From NCBI RefSeq assembly GCF_006345805.1, contig NC_043014.1, positions 3,162,001 to 3,226,000 of the forward strand: a DNA stretch of 64,000 nucleotides, in the 5' to 3' direction. Made by a program: the position numbers and the translations under genes. Below, one piece after another: positions 24,658 to 37,160 of this stretch. The notes below the pieces were generated by a model. The model was given only the letters and a program-made list of their open reading frames with translations. It was not told the origin of the DNA and searched no databases. Numbering within the stretch: the first letter of the stretch is position 1; each line of letters opens with the position of its first letter. This DNA is from Octopus sinensis. Its lineage: Eukaryota.

Positions 24658-26780
24658 GAGAATTGTAAAAACCATTTCTGTGCAGGTCTTTCAGTAATAA
24701 TGCCTTCTTTGTACACAACCCCAAATATCTCAAATACCCTCTGGTAGCTTCTGAACCTTGAGTGAAAGCAAAGAGAAGCAGGTATCAAAAATGCTCATTT
24801 TCAAAATTTCTGTTTTCTACTTGGCACTCTGTTGTTTTGTGTCTAAAACAGAGGTAGAATTTATTCAAATTTCAAAAACTGTACAGCAAAAGTTGTAGAG
24901 GAAGAATAGAGCTAAACCCCCCCACCAACCCACTCTGCCACCAATCAGAAAGTACTAGGATGAAAATATGTTTTGTGTTAAATCAAAGAAAATTGGAAAG
25001 AAATGAGTAAATTTATTTGATAATGCAATACACGTGAGGAATTGATGTCACGTGGGTTGAAAACAATTGAAGGTTGATCTGGGGTTAAAGAATAAATAAC
25101 AAACAACCACAGAAAGAAGAAAGAAGGAGACATTACATTATTGTAGTCCAAGATACACTATGCCTGAAAAATATGGGCTGGTCATGGCTGAAGCTCCAGA
25201 TCAGGGCTGACTTGGATCTAAGCAACAATAACTAGAAGGAAGGGCACATTGGGCAATGGAGGCTAAGATAGACTTGGCCTACATAAAGCTGATCTGGTGC
25301 TAAAGATCTCAAGGAGATCAACAGGAAGGAAGGACACATAGGATAATGTTGACCTAGATACACTTGGGTGCACTTTGATTATAAAGTCTGCTTGAATAAA
25401 ACTGACAAGAAGAAGAAAAAGAAGGGGAGGGAGTAGGAGAAGAAGAAGAAGGAGAAGAAGAAGAAGAAGGAGGAGGAGGAGGAGGAGAAGAGAAAGAAGA
25501 ACAACAACAACAATAGCAACAGCAACAACTAGTTAAGTGCAAAGCTAAATGGGACAGACAGGTGAGTTATCAAGCAAACTAAGAGAATATCATGTTTTAT
25601 CCAATTTCTACACCACCTCTACCCCCCCACCACCACCTAAGGCCACCGCCACCACCACCACCACCACCACTATCATTAACACCACCATCACCACCACCAT
25701 CAACAACAACAACAACAACAATGACAAACTACCCTCACTGCAACACCATCTTTACAACCACCGCCACCACTACCACCATCATCATCACCACTATCACTAC
25801 TAGTGCTGCCAGTACCACCTCAGGACCACCACAACCACGACCATCATGACCACCACGACTACAACCACAACCACCACTACTACCCTCATTGCCACTACCA
25901 CAACCACCACTGTCACCATTACAACCACCACCTCTGACCATCTTCACCACCTCTGACCATCCTCACCACCTCTCAAACTTTGGCCACCACCACCACCATC
26001 TCTGGCTACCCACCCTATGACCTTTGGCCGCTAGCACCCCACCATCTTTGGCCACCCCCATCTCCACACGAATTTTGGCACCTCCACCACCACCACCACC
26101 ATCACCACAACCACCACCACCTCTGGTCACCATGCTCTTCGGCCACTAGCACTTCACCACCTCTGGCCACCCTTGCCTCTCCACGAACTTTGCAACCAAC
26201 ACCGCCAACACCACCACCTCTCCGCGAACCTTGGCCACCACCACCACCACCACCACCACCTCTATCATTACTCGCAGTGTGGGAAGGTGTGGTCAAGCGA
26301 AATCCAATACAGCAGAGTAAAACAGCACGGCCGGCTGGCGTGTGTTAGCATATCGTATCGTATTGATGCTTGCGATCGAGAGAAAGAAAGAGAAAGAGCG
26401 AGAGAGATGTGACCTGCAAGATTTCTTTAGGTCAGACAGTTATGCATCGCATAAAGGAGTCAACCATGATTCATTCATTGTTGGTCATGTGATGAAAGAT
26501 CTTGTAATAAGTCCATAACGAGGTGACGAGGTTTGAGGCAGAGACTGCGGCTTTTGCACAACGCTGGATCAACGCGACCAGATGACATAAGCACACCGCT
26601 TTCTTCTGTGACCAGTTCCCAAGTATCTGGGTATATGTATTACGTGTAGGCATGTGTGTGCATGTATGAATGCATATGTATGTAGGTACGTTTGTATGTG
26701 TGTGTGCATATATATATCAATATATGTTTACATGTATATGCTACATATATATATATATACATATATACATACATACATAT

Positions 26781-26816
<36 letters not shown>

Positions 26817-26817
26817 T

Positions 26818-26873
<56 letters not shown>

Positions 26874-26885
26874 ATATATATATAT

Positions 26886-26936
<51 letters not shown>

Positions 26937-26968
26937 TATATATGTATATATATGTATATATATATATG

Positions 26969-27004
<36 letters not shown>

Positions 27005-27011
27005 TTTCGGC

Positions 27012-27095
<84 letters not shown>

Positions 27096-27714
27096 GTATA
27101 TATATATTATATATATATACTTAGCAGCAGCAGCAGCAGTAGCAGTAGAGGAAGTAGTAGTAGTAGCGTTAGTAGTTGTAGTAGTAGTAGTAGACCGATA
27201 GAATAAGTACTGGGCTCACAAAGAATTAGTCCCGGGGTCGATTTGCTCGACTAAAGGCGGTGCTCCAGCATGGCCGCAGTCAAATGACTGAAACAAGTAA
27301 AAGAGAAAAGAGAAAGAGATATATATACGTGGTGTGAATGTGTGTATCTACATATATATATACATATATACATTCTCTTATTTTTCTACTATTTTACTTG
27401 TTTTAGTCATTTGACTGTAGCCATGCTGGAGCACCACCTTTAGTCGAAGAAATCAACTCCAGGACTTATTCCTTGTATGCCTAGTACTTATTCTATCAGT
27501 CTCTTTTTGCCAAACCACTAAGTTACAGGGACACACACATGCCAACATTGGTGTGCTTGTGTGCATGTGTGTGTGTGTCTGTCTGTGTTTGTCCCCCCAC
27601 CACTGCTGCTGGTGTTGGTGTGTTTACTTCCCTATAACTTAGTAGTTCAGCAAAAAGACATCGTGTCCCATCAGCTAACAACTGATGCAGGTAATTTATT
27701 CCGTGATTGAGCTG

Positions 27715-27786
27715 TCCTCGGTAGTATAGTGGTAAGTATCCCCGCCTGTCACACGGGAGACCGGGGTTCGATTACCCGCCGGGGAG
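27715..27786 (+). tRNA. tRNA-Asp(GTC), probably a pseudogene
   Basis: 72-nt match to eukaryotic tRNA-Asp (TCCTCGGTAGTATAGTGG..CTGTCAC..GGTTCGATT..GGGGAG); mismatches in the anticodon stem (C:A) and T stem (G53:A61); TTTT about 10 nt downstream. Confidence 0.85.
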
Positions 27787-27798
27787 GCATCTTAATTT

Positions 27799-27992
27799 TG
27801 CCAGCCTCGCCTGGCACCTGTGTAGGTGTCACGTAAAAAGCACCCACTACACTCACGGAGTGGTTGGCGTTAGGAAGGGCATCCAGCTGTAGAAACACTG
27901 CCAGATCAGACTGGGCCTGGCGCAGGCTTCTGGCTTCCCAGACCCCGGTCGAACCGTCCAACCCATGCTAGCATGGAAAACGGACGTTAAAC

Positions 27993-28028
<36 letters not shown>
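27799..28028 (+). mobile_element. RTE-related 3' tail element with (GAT)n
   Basis: GTTGGCGTTAGGAAGGGCATCCAGCTGTAGAAAC..CATGCTAGCATGG..(GAT)n. Confidence 0.85.
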
Positions 28029-28029
<1 letters not shown>

Positions 28030-28031
28030 CA

Positions 28032-28330
28032 GCAATTCTTAATGTGAAAAAAAATGTTCCTGAAAGTCATGGGCGCTGTGTTGTTTTCCAATTTTGTAAG
28101 CATGTCCATGGGTGTTAAATGTATGGAATTCAAAAAGGTGCCCAAGGTTGTTGTTGTTATTGGAAACATGGTGGATAATCTTGAAGGGGTCTACCAAGTC
28201 AGTCGCCAGACATCGGAGCTTTCATGTATCCATGCCATGAAACTATCCTCACAAATGTGCCGTAAATGGCAAAAATTCCATTGTTTTCACAAGAGATTAT
28301 GTAAAGACTTCAAGACTAAGAATCCGATGG
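28032..28330 (-). pseudogene. Degenerate CR1-type LINE ORF2 C-terminal remnant
   Basis: Minus strand reads ..KLRCLATDLVDPFKIIH..THGHAYKIGKQHSAHDFQEHFF. Confidence 0.65.
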
Positions 28331-28643
28331 CAATGTGATGAAGACTCATGATTCATAGATTCAGATCTTCGCCTTTGAACTCAGCCTTTTGTGCTTCCGG
28401 TTCCTTTTGGCATGTTTTCCAAATGGCAGTGACTGTTTCGCCAATCCTATACAGTATTGATCTCTTCATCCAAACATAGCAATGATGTCACAGAAAGAAA
28501 GATCAAATAAGGAAATGGTGTCTGTGTATTTGTGCTTATTGATATTTCTGTCTACCTATATATCTATACATATCTACACACAACACGCACACATACAGAT
28601 TCATGCATTTCTACAAACTATCCTATATGTATATAATATATAT

Positions 28644-28675
<32 letters not shown>

Positions 28676-28687
28676 AATGTGTGTATA

Positions 28688-28724
<37 letters not shown>

Positions 28725-28906
28725 CAGGCATGGCTGTGTCATAAGAAGTTTCCTTTCGGTTCAGTCCCACTGCATGGCACCTTTGGTAGATTTGGCTGGT
28801 GGAATCTGGAAAAAGCTTGTAATGTTGTGTATATGTGTATAGACCGTTAGCTCCTACACGCATTTTTTTCTCTCCTTGTTTCTCTCCTTGTTTTTTTTTC
28901 TGTGTA

Positions 28907-28944
28907 TCTTTCTGTCGAAGAGCATAGGCTCGAAACGTAAAAGA
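28907..28944 (+). ncRNA. Neptune-type minimal hammerhead motif, A6U variant, in a ~200 bp PLE-like end (28842-29040)
   Basis: TCTTT-CTGTCGA-A-GAGC ATAG GCTC-GAAA-CG-TA-AAAGA. Confidence 0.55.
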
Positions 28945-29117
28945 CTTTTTTTATTTCTATTCCTGAGCGCCATACTAATACATTGTTTGTACTCCACCTG
29001 CCTTCGTCTTTTGTTTATTTTCGTGAACCTTCCCCTTATACATATATATATGTGTGTGTGTGTGTGTGCATGTGTGTGTGTGTGTGTGTGTACATATATC
29101 TGTATATATGTGTATGA

Positions 29118-30193
29118 ACAGCTATGCTACATGGCAGTGAAACAGGCCGTGACTGCTGAGGACATGCATAAGCTCGTGAGGAACGAAGCCAGTATGCTCC
29201 GATGGATGTGTAATGTCAGTGTACTTACTCGACAGAGCGTTAGTACCTTGAGTAAATGTTGTACCTAAGAAGCATCAGTTGTTGTGTGCAGAGAGACGAT
29301 TGCGCTGGTATGGTCATGTGGCGAGAATGGATGAAGATAGTGTGTGAGAAAGTGCCAATCCTAGCAGTTGAGGGAACCCGTGGAAGAGGTAGACCAGGAA
29401 AACCTGGGACGAGGTGGGAGCACGACCTTCGGACGTTAGGTCTCACCATGGAAATGACTAGAGACCGAGACCTATGGAAGTATGCTGTGCGTGAGAAGAC
29501 CCGGCAAGACTAGTGAAGCATAATCCGTGGCCCCTACCTGGGACGTAGTCAGTCCACCTGTGCATACCTTCCTTCTTGTGACACTTGTGAAGACCTGTTG
29601 AGGCAAGTGAGAATCGAATCGAATCAAATCAAATCAAATCGAACCAAATCAAAATAGATAACATCAATAGAATTTGTATCCTTGTGGGTACCAGTGCCGG
29701 TGGCACATAAGAAAACCCTCCGAACGTGACCATAGCCAGTACCGCAACGACTGGCCTCCATGCTGAGGGCACGTAACAAACACCATCCGAGCGTGCCGTC
29801 CGCCAGCCTCGTCTGACCTGTGTCGGTGACACTAAGAAAACACCATCCGAGCGTGGCCGTCAGCCAGCCTCGTCTGGCACCTGGTCGGTGACACTAAGAA
29901 ACACCATCCGAGCGTGGCCGTCAGCCAGCCTCGTCTGGCACCTGTGTTGGTGGCACATAAAAAACCCATCCGAGCGTGGCCGTCGCCAGCCTCGTCTGGC
30001 ACCTGTGTCGTGGCACATAAAATCACCCACTACACTCTCGGAGTGGTTGGCGTTAGGAAGGCATCCAGCTGTAGAAACACTGCCAGATCTACTGGCCTGG
30101 TGCAGCCTTCGGGCTTGCCAGACCCCAGTTGAACCGTCCAACCCATGCTAGCATGGAAAGCGGACGTTAACGATGATGATGATGATGATGATG
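29118..30193 (+). mobile_element. RTE LINE 3' portion (ORF end, 3' region with ~60-bp tandem units, (GAT)n tail)
   Basis: RNEASMLRWMCNV..WYGHVARM..GRGRP..RDRDLWKYAV; collinear with 59730-60412. Confidence 0.85.
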
Positions 30194-30294
30194 GAACCAA
30201 TCGTCTAAAAACTAATCCATTCTTGTTGCTTCTTCTCGTATATATATATATATGATATATATAATATATATATATATATATATAATATATAAAC

Positions 30295-30325
<31 letters not shown>

Positions 30326-30964
30326 ATTATTATATATATATTATATAATATATATATATATATAGTTATATATATATATAAACACGCACATAGGGTCGAT
30401 TAAATAAGTACCAGTTACGCACTAGGGTCGACGTGATTGACTTAATCCCTTTGTCTGTCCTTGTTTGTCCTCTCCATTTTGAGCCCTCTGTTGGCAATAA
30501 AGAATATATATATATAAGATACAAACATTCTCATTGATATATTTAACTTAAGATACAAACATACATACATATATATACTTATGTATGTATGTATCCGTAC
30601 ACACACATGCACGCGCAACCACAGAGCATACTTACTTCGCAAGACCTTTCGTAGGAAGCAGCGTAGAAACATCAATGAAGGCACATTGTATTTACAGGAA
30701 GCTCATCCTAGCAATTACAACATGCAACGCTTGTAGTTCATTATTTTATTTTTAATTGATTAATCTCCTTACAGCTCATTGCAATAATCTGTCTGTAGCT
30801 GGTCACAGAGAACTCTCGTTTTGGTCTCTGTGTGTGTGTGTGTTGTGCATTAGATGAATTTGATAGATCAATTAACGAAAGAGAAAATGAACAAAAAAGA
30901 CCGGTCGCAGTTTAGGGTTTGTGTTTGTTGTTTAATGGTGAAGTAAATGATTTACTGACCGTAA

Positions 30965-31121
30965 AGTGGCTGTGTGGTAAGTAGCTTGTTTACCAACCAC
31001 GTGGTTCCAGGTTCAGTCCCTCTGCGTGGCATCTTGGGCAAGTGTCTTCTACTATAGCCTCGGGCCGACCAAAGCCTTGTGAGTGGATTTGGTAGACGGA
31101 AACTGAAAGAAGCCCGTCGTA

Positions 31122-31158
<37 letters not shown>

Positions 31159-31503
31159 GAGATAGGGGTTGAAAATTCAACCCACCATGGGATAACATAT
31201 ATCCTGGTTGATGTTTGATTGATTTAAGTATGTTTCTCCATTTTCTAATTTTGTAGTATATATATATATATATATATATGTGCGTGTGTATATGTTTGTG
31301 TGTCTGTGTTTGTGCCCCTAGCATTGCTTGACAACCGATGCTGGTGTGTTTATGTCCCCGTTACTTAGCGGTTCGGCAAAAGAGACCGATAGAATAAGTA
31401 CTGGGCTTACAAAAAGAATAAGTCCCGGGGTCGAGTTGCTCTATTAAAGGCGGTGCTCCAGCATGGCCGCAGTCAAATGACTGAAACAAGTAAAAGAGTA
31501 AAG
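30965..31503 (+). mobile_element. SINE family A with a ~100 bp insertion in its internal (TA)n
   Basis: Family match; the insert at 31155-31257 is partly repeated at 60860-60910. Confidence 0.85.
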
Positions 31504-31949
31504 ATAGTACAATGATGGTGTGTGTGGGTGTGAATATGTATATATGTTTCTTTATTAGCCACGCAGGGCTGCACAAAGATGGGACAGATTACAAAGTAGA
31601 GAAAAGAAAAAAAAGTGGGATAGGTTTTCGATCAAAAGGGAAAGAAAGAAAAAAAAACAAGGAAAGAAAAGAAAAAAAGAAAAAGAAAAAACGATCAATA
31701 GGGATCATGTATCACAGAAATGTCATGATGTAAAATGTAAAGGGGGTGGAAAGAAAAGCCTACAGAAAAGACCACGGTAACCTCGGTCAATAATGTCACA
31801 TGTGAATATGTATATATATGTGTGTGTGTGTGTGTGTATGTATATATATATATATGTGTGTATGCACACACACACACACACACACACCACATATATATAT
31901 ATATATATGTATGTATGTATGGATGGATGTATATCACATATACATATAT

Positions 31950-32190
31950 GAGGCGCAATTGCCCACTGGTTAGGGCAGTTGACTCACAGTCATAGGATCA
32001 CGGTTTCGATTCCCAAACCAGGCATTGTGGGTGTTTATTGAGCGAAAACACCTAAAGCTCCACGCGGCTCCGGCAGGAGATGGTGGTGATCCCCACTGTA
32101 CTCTTCCAACACAATGTTCTCTCCTTCTTTCTTCCTGTTTCTGATGTACCTGTATTTCAAAGGGCCAGCCTTGTCACCCTCTGTGTCATA
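31950..32190 (+). mobile_element. tRNA-derived SINE family C
   Basis: GAGGCGCAATTGCCCACTGGTTAGGG..GGTTTCGATTCCC head; other copies at about 40960-41320(-) and 60440-60737(-). Confidence 0.75.
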
Positions 32191-32238
32191 CTGGGTTGAT
32201 CTAATCGACTGGCCCCCTTCCCAAAAATGTTGGGCCTT

Positions 32239-32495
32239 GTATGGAAAAATGGAGACCATCTCCCCCTGTGGGATGAAGTTAAAATAATAGACAGAGAACA
32301 CCACTGGAAAATACGAAAACTGAAAGAAGCAGCACATACGCTAGGACACAACACCTCCTAAGCAGACCAAGTGAAGATATGAGCAGCATATGGGAACCGG
32401 TATTAAGGAAGGATAGGAAAATATTAGATTTATAAGCCCTAAAATTCACTAAGCCCAAGATTCCGAGTTCAGTTCCAAGCAATAACCTGAACAAT
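32239..32495 (+). pseudogene. Penelope-like element GIY-YIG endonuclease C-terminal remnant
   Basis: VWKNGDHLPLWDEVKIIDREHHWKIRKLKEAAH..(frameshift)..LLSRPSEDMSSIWEPVL..*. Confidence 0.7.
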
Positions 32496-32507
32496 AATAA
32501 TAATAAC

Positions 32508-32727
32508 TATTTCTTTACTAAACACAGAGAGGACAAACAAGGACAGACAAAGGGATTAAGTCGATTACATCGACCCCGGTGTGTAACTGGTACTTAATTT
32601 ATTGACCCTCGAAAGGATGAAAGGCAAAGTCGACCTCGGCGGAATTTGAACTCAGAACGTAGCAGCGGACGAAATACGGCTACGCATTTCGCCCGGCGTG
32701 CTAACGTTTCGGACAGCTCGCCGCCCT
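32508..32727 (-). mobile_element. Nin-domain-like SINE (family B), near full length
   Basis: GGCGGCGAGCTG head, GAGTTCAAATTCC B box and Nin-like core. Confidence 0.85.
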
Positions 32728-33465
32728 TAATAACATTGAAAAATACCTTAAGAATGAGAACCCAGGTTCAAAATTTCCCCAAGACACCTCATCTCTTAAA
32801 TATAGAACTGTATCGCTTGGATATTTACCACTTCTGAGGTCCCACTTGCTATGAAACATAAGTAGCCCAGATCTTATATACTCCATTCTGTAACTCTTGT
32901 ATATATTTCATACCCCATACATTGCGATTTTGCTTTTCTCTCTCCTTTCCTTCTTCTTTTCATCTCTTCTTTTTTTCTTCTCCTTTTCTCTCCTTTTATC
33001 CTTTTTTTCTTCGCTTTCACGACTTTTGAATTTTTAAAACTTTTATACTCTGTACGTCATTACTTTGCCTTTCTCCCTCCTTTTCTTGTTTTTCTTCTTT
33101 CCTTTCTTTTCCTTTCACCTGCATGCCTGATTACAAATTGTCCTCCACCTTCACCACCGCCTAAAGAAACACCTTTTCATGCTTCCTTTCTGCTGCTTTA
33201 TTTTCTCTTATTCCGTTCTGCTGAAGAGCATAAGCTCAAAACATAAAAGACTTTCTCACTTCCCTGAGCATCAAACTAATACACTTGCTTGTTGTTCATA
33301 CACCTGTCTTCATCTTTTGTTTTTCTGTAAGGTTCAGCTATACATACATATATATATACTGGAGTAAACACATAAATGTGAAACAAGGTGGAACAAAAAG
33401 AGTACTCATATACCAGAGATAAAAGTAATATGCTTTATTTAAAAGCAGTAGAAATATCACAAAAG

Positions 33466-33503
33466 CTGTTACTCAGAGTTTCATGTTCCCGTTCGTCGGA
33501 CAA
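33466..33503 (-). ncRNA. Type I hammerhead-like motif, U4C variant (same family as 5201-5238)
   Basis: TTGT-CCGACGA-ACG GGAA CAT-GAAA-CTCTGAG-TA-ACAG. Confidence 0.55.
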
Positions 33504-33529
33504 TTTAAAATAAAATACATATATATAAG

Positions 33530-33822
33530 AGAACCATCCGAACGTGGCCGTTGCCAGCGCCGCCCTGACTGGCTTCCATGTCGGTGGCACGTAAAAAGCC
33601 CCACCCGATTGTGGCCGTTGCCAGCCTTGCCTGGCCTCTGTGCAGGTGGCATGTAAGAAGCACCCACTACACTCACGGAGTGGTTGGCGTTAGGAAGGGC
33701 ATCCAGCCCTAGAAAAATTGCCAGATCAGACTGTGAAGCCTTCTGGCTTCACAGACCCCAGTTGAACCGTCCAACCCATGCTAGCATGGAAAACGGACGT
33801 TAAGCGATGATGATGATGATGA
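33530..33822 (+). mobile_element. RTE-related 3' tail element
   Basis: 60-bp units, conserved tail and (GAT)n. Confidence 0.8.
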
Positions 33823-34594
33823 TATATATATATATATATGCACACACACAAACACACACATAACACACACATATATATACACAAATATATATATATATTA
33901 TATATATATATATATAATATATATATATATATATACACACATATGCATATATATATGTATGTATGTATCTATAGGGCTTCTTTAAGTTTCCATCTACCAA
34001 TTCACTTATGAGGTGCTAGTCAACCCGGAGCAAAACTAGAAGACACTTGCCCATACATACATACATACATACATACATACATACACACACACATATATAT
34101 ACATACATACATATATCATCATCATCATCATCATCATCGTTTAACATCCGTTCTCCATGCTAGCATGGGTTGGACGGTTCGACCGGGGATCTGGGAAGCC
34201 AGAAGGCTGCACCAGGCTCCGGTCTTATCTATCTATCTATCTACCTATCTCTCTCTCTCTATATATATATATATATACACACACACATATATACATACAT
34301 ATAAATGTATATACACACATATACACATACATTCAAGCATATATACTCTCATTCGTGCACTATCTTCACTAAAGCTTGACCAAATGTTACAAAAACAAAA
34401 AACCACACACACACACAACACATCACGCAGCAGTCGTCCACAGCTTTGCTTATTGACCAAAACGGTACTAGCGCCATAAACCAGTTCTTCTACTGCAGTA
34501 ACACAGAGACTATTCTGGAATATCGGCATTTTATTTATTTATTTATATATATATTTGTTTACTTATTTATTTGTTTTTGATATTTAGAAATTAA

Positions 34595-34685
34595 ACTAGC
34601 AGCAGCAGCCGCAGCAGCAGCAGCCGCAGCAGCAGCAGCCGCAGCAGCAGCAGCCGCAGCAGCAGCAAAGCCTGTAACAGTCTTA

Positions 34686-34717
<32 letters not shown>

Positions 34718-36391
34718 AGCAATGATAATAGCAGCAGCAGCAGTGGCCGCAGCAGTAGCAGCAGTAGCAGCAGTGGCCGCAGCAGCAGCAGCAACCATAA
34801 CAACATTAATAGTGGAAACAGCCGTAGTTATAGTCGTGAGTAAAAGTAGTCATGTGATGGTTGTCCTTAAATGAAATATGGACAACCATAGGACTGGTGG
34901 TGGTGGTTGTGGTGGTGGTGGTAGTGATGGTGGTGGTGGTGGTACTGATGGTGATGAAGGTGGTAGTGGTGGTGATGCTTGTGGTGGTGGCTGTGATGGT
35001 GGTTGTGGTGAAGGTGGTGGTGGTGGTCGTCATCGTGGTTGTGATGGCGGTGGTAGTGGTGGTGGTGGTGGTCATGGCTGTCGTCGTCATCGTAGTGGTG
35101 GTGATGATGAAGGTGGCAATGGTTGTGGTGGTGGTGGTGGCTGTGATGGTGGTTGTGGTTGTGGTGGTGGTTGTGATGGTGGTGGTGCTGATGGTGGTGG
35201 TGGTAGTGATGGTGGTGGCGGTGGTGTTACTGATGGTGGTGAAGGTGGTAGTGGTGGTTGTGATGGTGGTTGTGGTGGTGATGGTGGTTGTGGTGGTCGT
35301 GGTACTGATGGTTGTGATGGTGGTGGTGGTGGTGGTGGTGGTGGTGGTGGTGGAGGGTAGTGGTAGTTGTGATGGTGGTGGTGCTGATGGTGGTGAAGGT
35401 GGTGGTGGTCGTCGTCATCGTGGTTGTGATGGCAGTGTTAGTGGTGCTGGTGCTGGTGCTGGTGATGGTGGTGGTACTGGTGGTGGTTGTGGTGGTGGTG
35501 GTGGTGGTGGTGGTGGTGGTGGTGGTGGTGGTCATGATGTTAAATATTGGAGATGATGATGATGATAGTGCAGCATTGAGGATAATGGTTATGACAGCAT
35601 CATAATTATGACATTGATCATCACCACCACCACCACCACTACCACCACCACCATCATTATCATAACCATCATCACCATCATCATCACCATCATAATCATC
35701 ATCATCATCATCGTTATTATTATAGTATTTCCAAACAATGGAGGAACTGATGCTGCTGCTGTTGATGATGATGATGATGATATTGTTGTTGGTGGTGATG
35801 GTGGCAATGGTAAAGGCGATTGTAACAGCGTTGACAATGGTAGCAAATGATGGTGATGATGATGATGATGATGATCTGGATCATGTGATGAGGAGAAAAT
35901 GGTAGTGAATACAAATCACTATAATGGTCATTTGGACTGTAAGTGGTGGTAGTGGTTGTGGTGGTAGTGTTGGTGGTGGTCATGGTACGGTAGTTGTAGT
36001 GCTGGTGGTGGTGGTGATAGTGATGGTAACAGCAATGGTAGTGGTGTTGGCGATGGTGGTGATGACAGTGGTGGTGATGACGGTGGTGGTGGTAGTAGTG
36101 GTGGTAGTGGTGGTGGTAGTGGTGGTGATGAGAGGTGGTTGTTGTCAGTGGTAGTGGTGCTGAGAGTTGTGATGACAATGATGACGACGATGACGATGAT
36201 GATGATGATGATGATGATGATGGTGACGATGATGATGATGATGATGGTGACGATGATGATGATGATGATGGTGACGATGATGATGATGATGATGTTGATG
36301 GTGATGGTGGTGGCTTTGGTGGTGGTGGCTTTGGTGGTGGCGGTGGTAGTGTCAATGGCGATAACCTCCACTGTATATTTATATCACCATC

Positions 36392-36431
<40 letters not shown>

Positions 36432-36445
36432 GTAATAATAATAAT
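34595..36445. repeat. Compound trinucleotide repeat field (GCA, GGT, GAT, AAT)
   Basis: Direct inspection. Confidence 0.9.
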
Positions 36446-36684
36446 CCTTTCTACTATAGGCACAAGGCCTGAAATTTGGGGGAGGGGGATAATTGATTGC
36501 ATCGACCCCAGTGTATAACTGGTACTTAATTTCTTGACCCTGAAAGGATGAAAAGCAAAGTGAACCTCTATAGAATTTGCATTTAGAACGTGGCAACAGG
36601 TGGAATACTGCTAAGCATTTCGTCCAGCACCTTAACAATTCTGCTGGGGCACCACCCCTAATAATAATAATAATAATAATAATA

Positions 36685-36717
<33 letters not shown>

Positions 36718-36770
36718 TAATAATAATAATATTAATAATAATGATAACAATAACATTGTTATCATCACTT

Positions 36771-37160
36771 GCAGGAGTGGCTGTGTGGTAAGTAGCTTGC
36801 TAACCAACCACATGGTTCCGGGTTCAGTCCCACTGCGTGGCATCTTGGGCAAGTGTCTTCTGCTATAGCCCCGGGCCGACCAATGCCTTGTGAGTGGATT
36901 TAGTAGACGGAAACTGTAAGAAGCCCGTCATATATATGTATATATATGTATGTCTGTGTCTGTGTGTCTGTGTTTGTCCCCCTAGCATTGCTTGACAACC
37001 GATGCTGGTGTGTTTATGTCCCCGTCACTTAGCCGTTCGGCAAAAGAGACCGAAAGAATAAGTACTGGGCTTACAAAAGAATAAGTCCCAGGGTCGATTT
37101 GTTCGACTAAAGCGGTGCTCCAGCATGGCCGCAGTCACATGACTGAAATAAGTAAAAGAA
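36771..37160 (+). mobile_element. SINE family A
   Basis: Family match. Confidence 0.9.

Noticed and set aside
26280-26640. CpG-richer unique stretch, possible promoter or UTR exon
   Set aside because: No convincing ORF, splice pair or motif supports a call
29700-30020. CRISPR-like regular ~60-bp periodicity (also 59990-60240 and 38985-39135)
   Set aside because: Whole units are repeated with no unique spacers, the context is a eukaryotic LINE 3' region, and there are no cas genes
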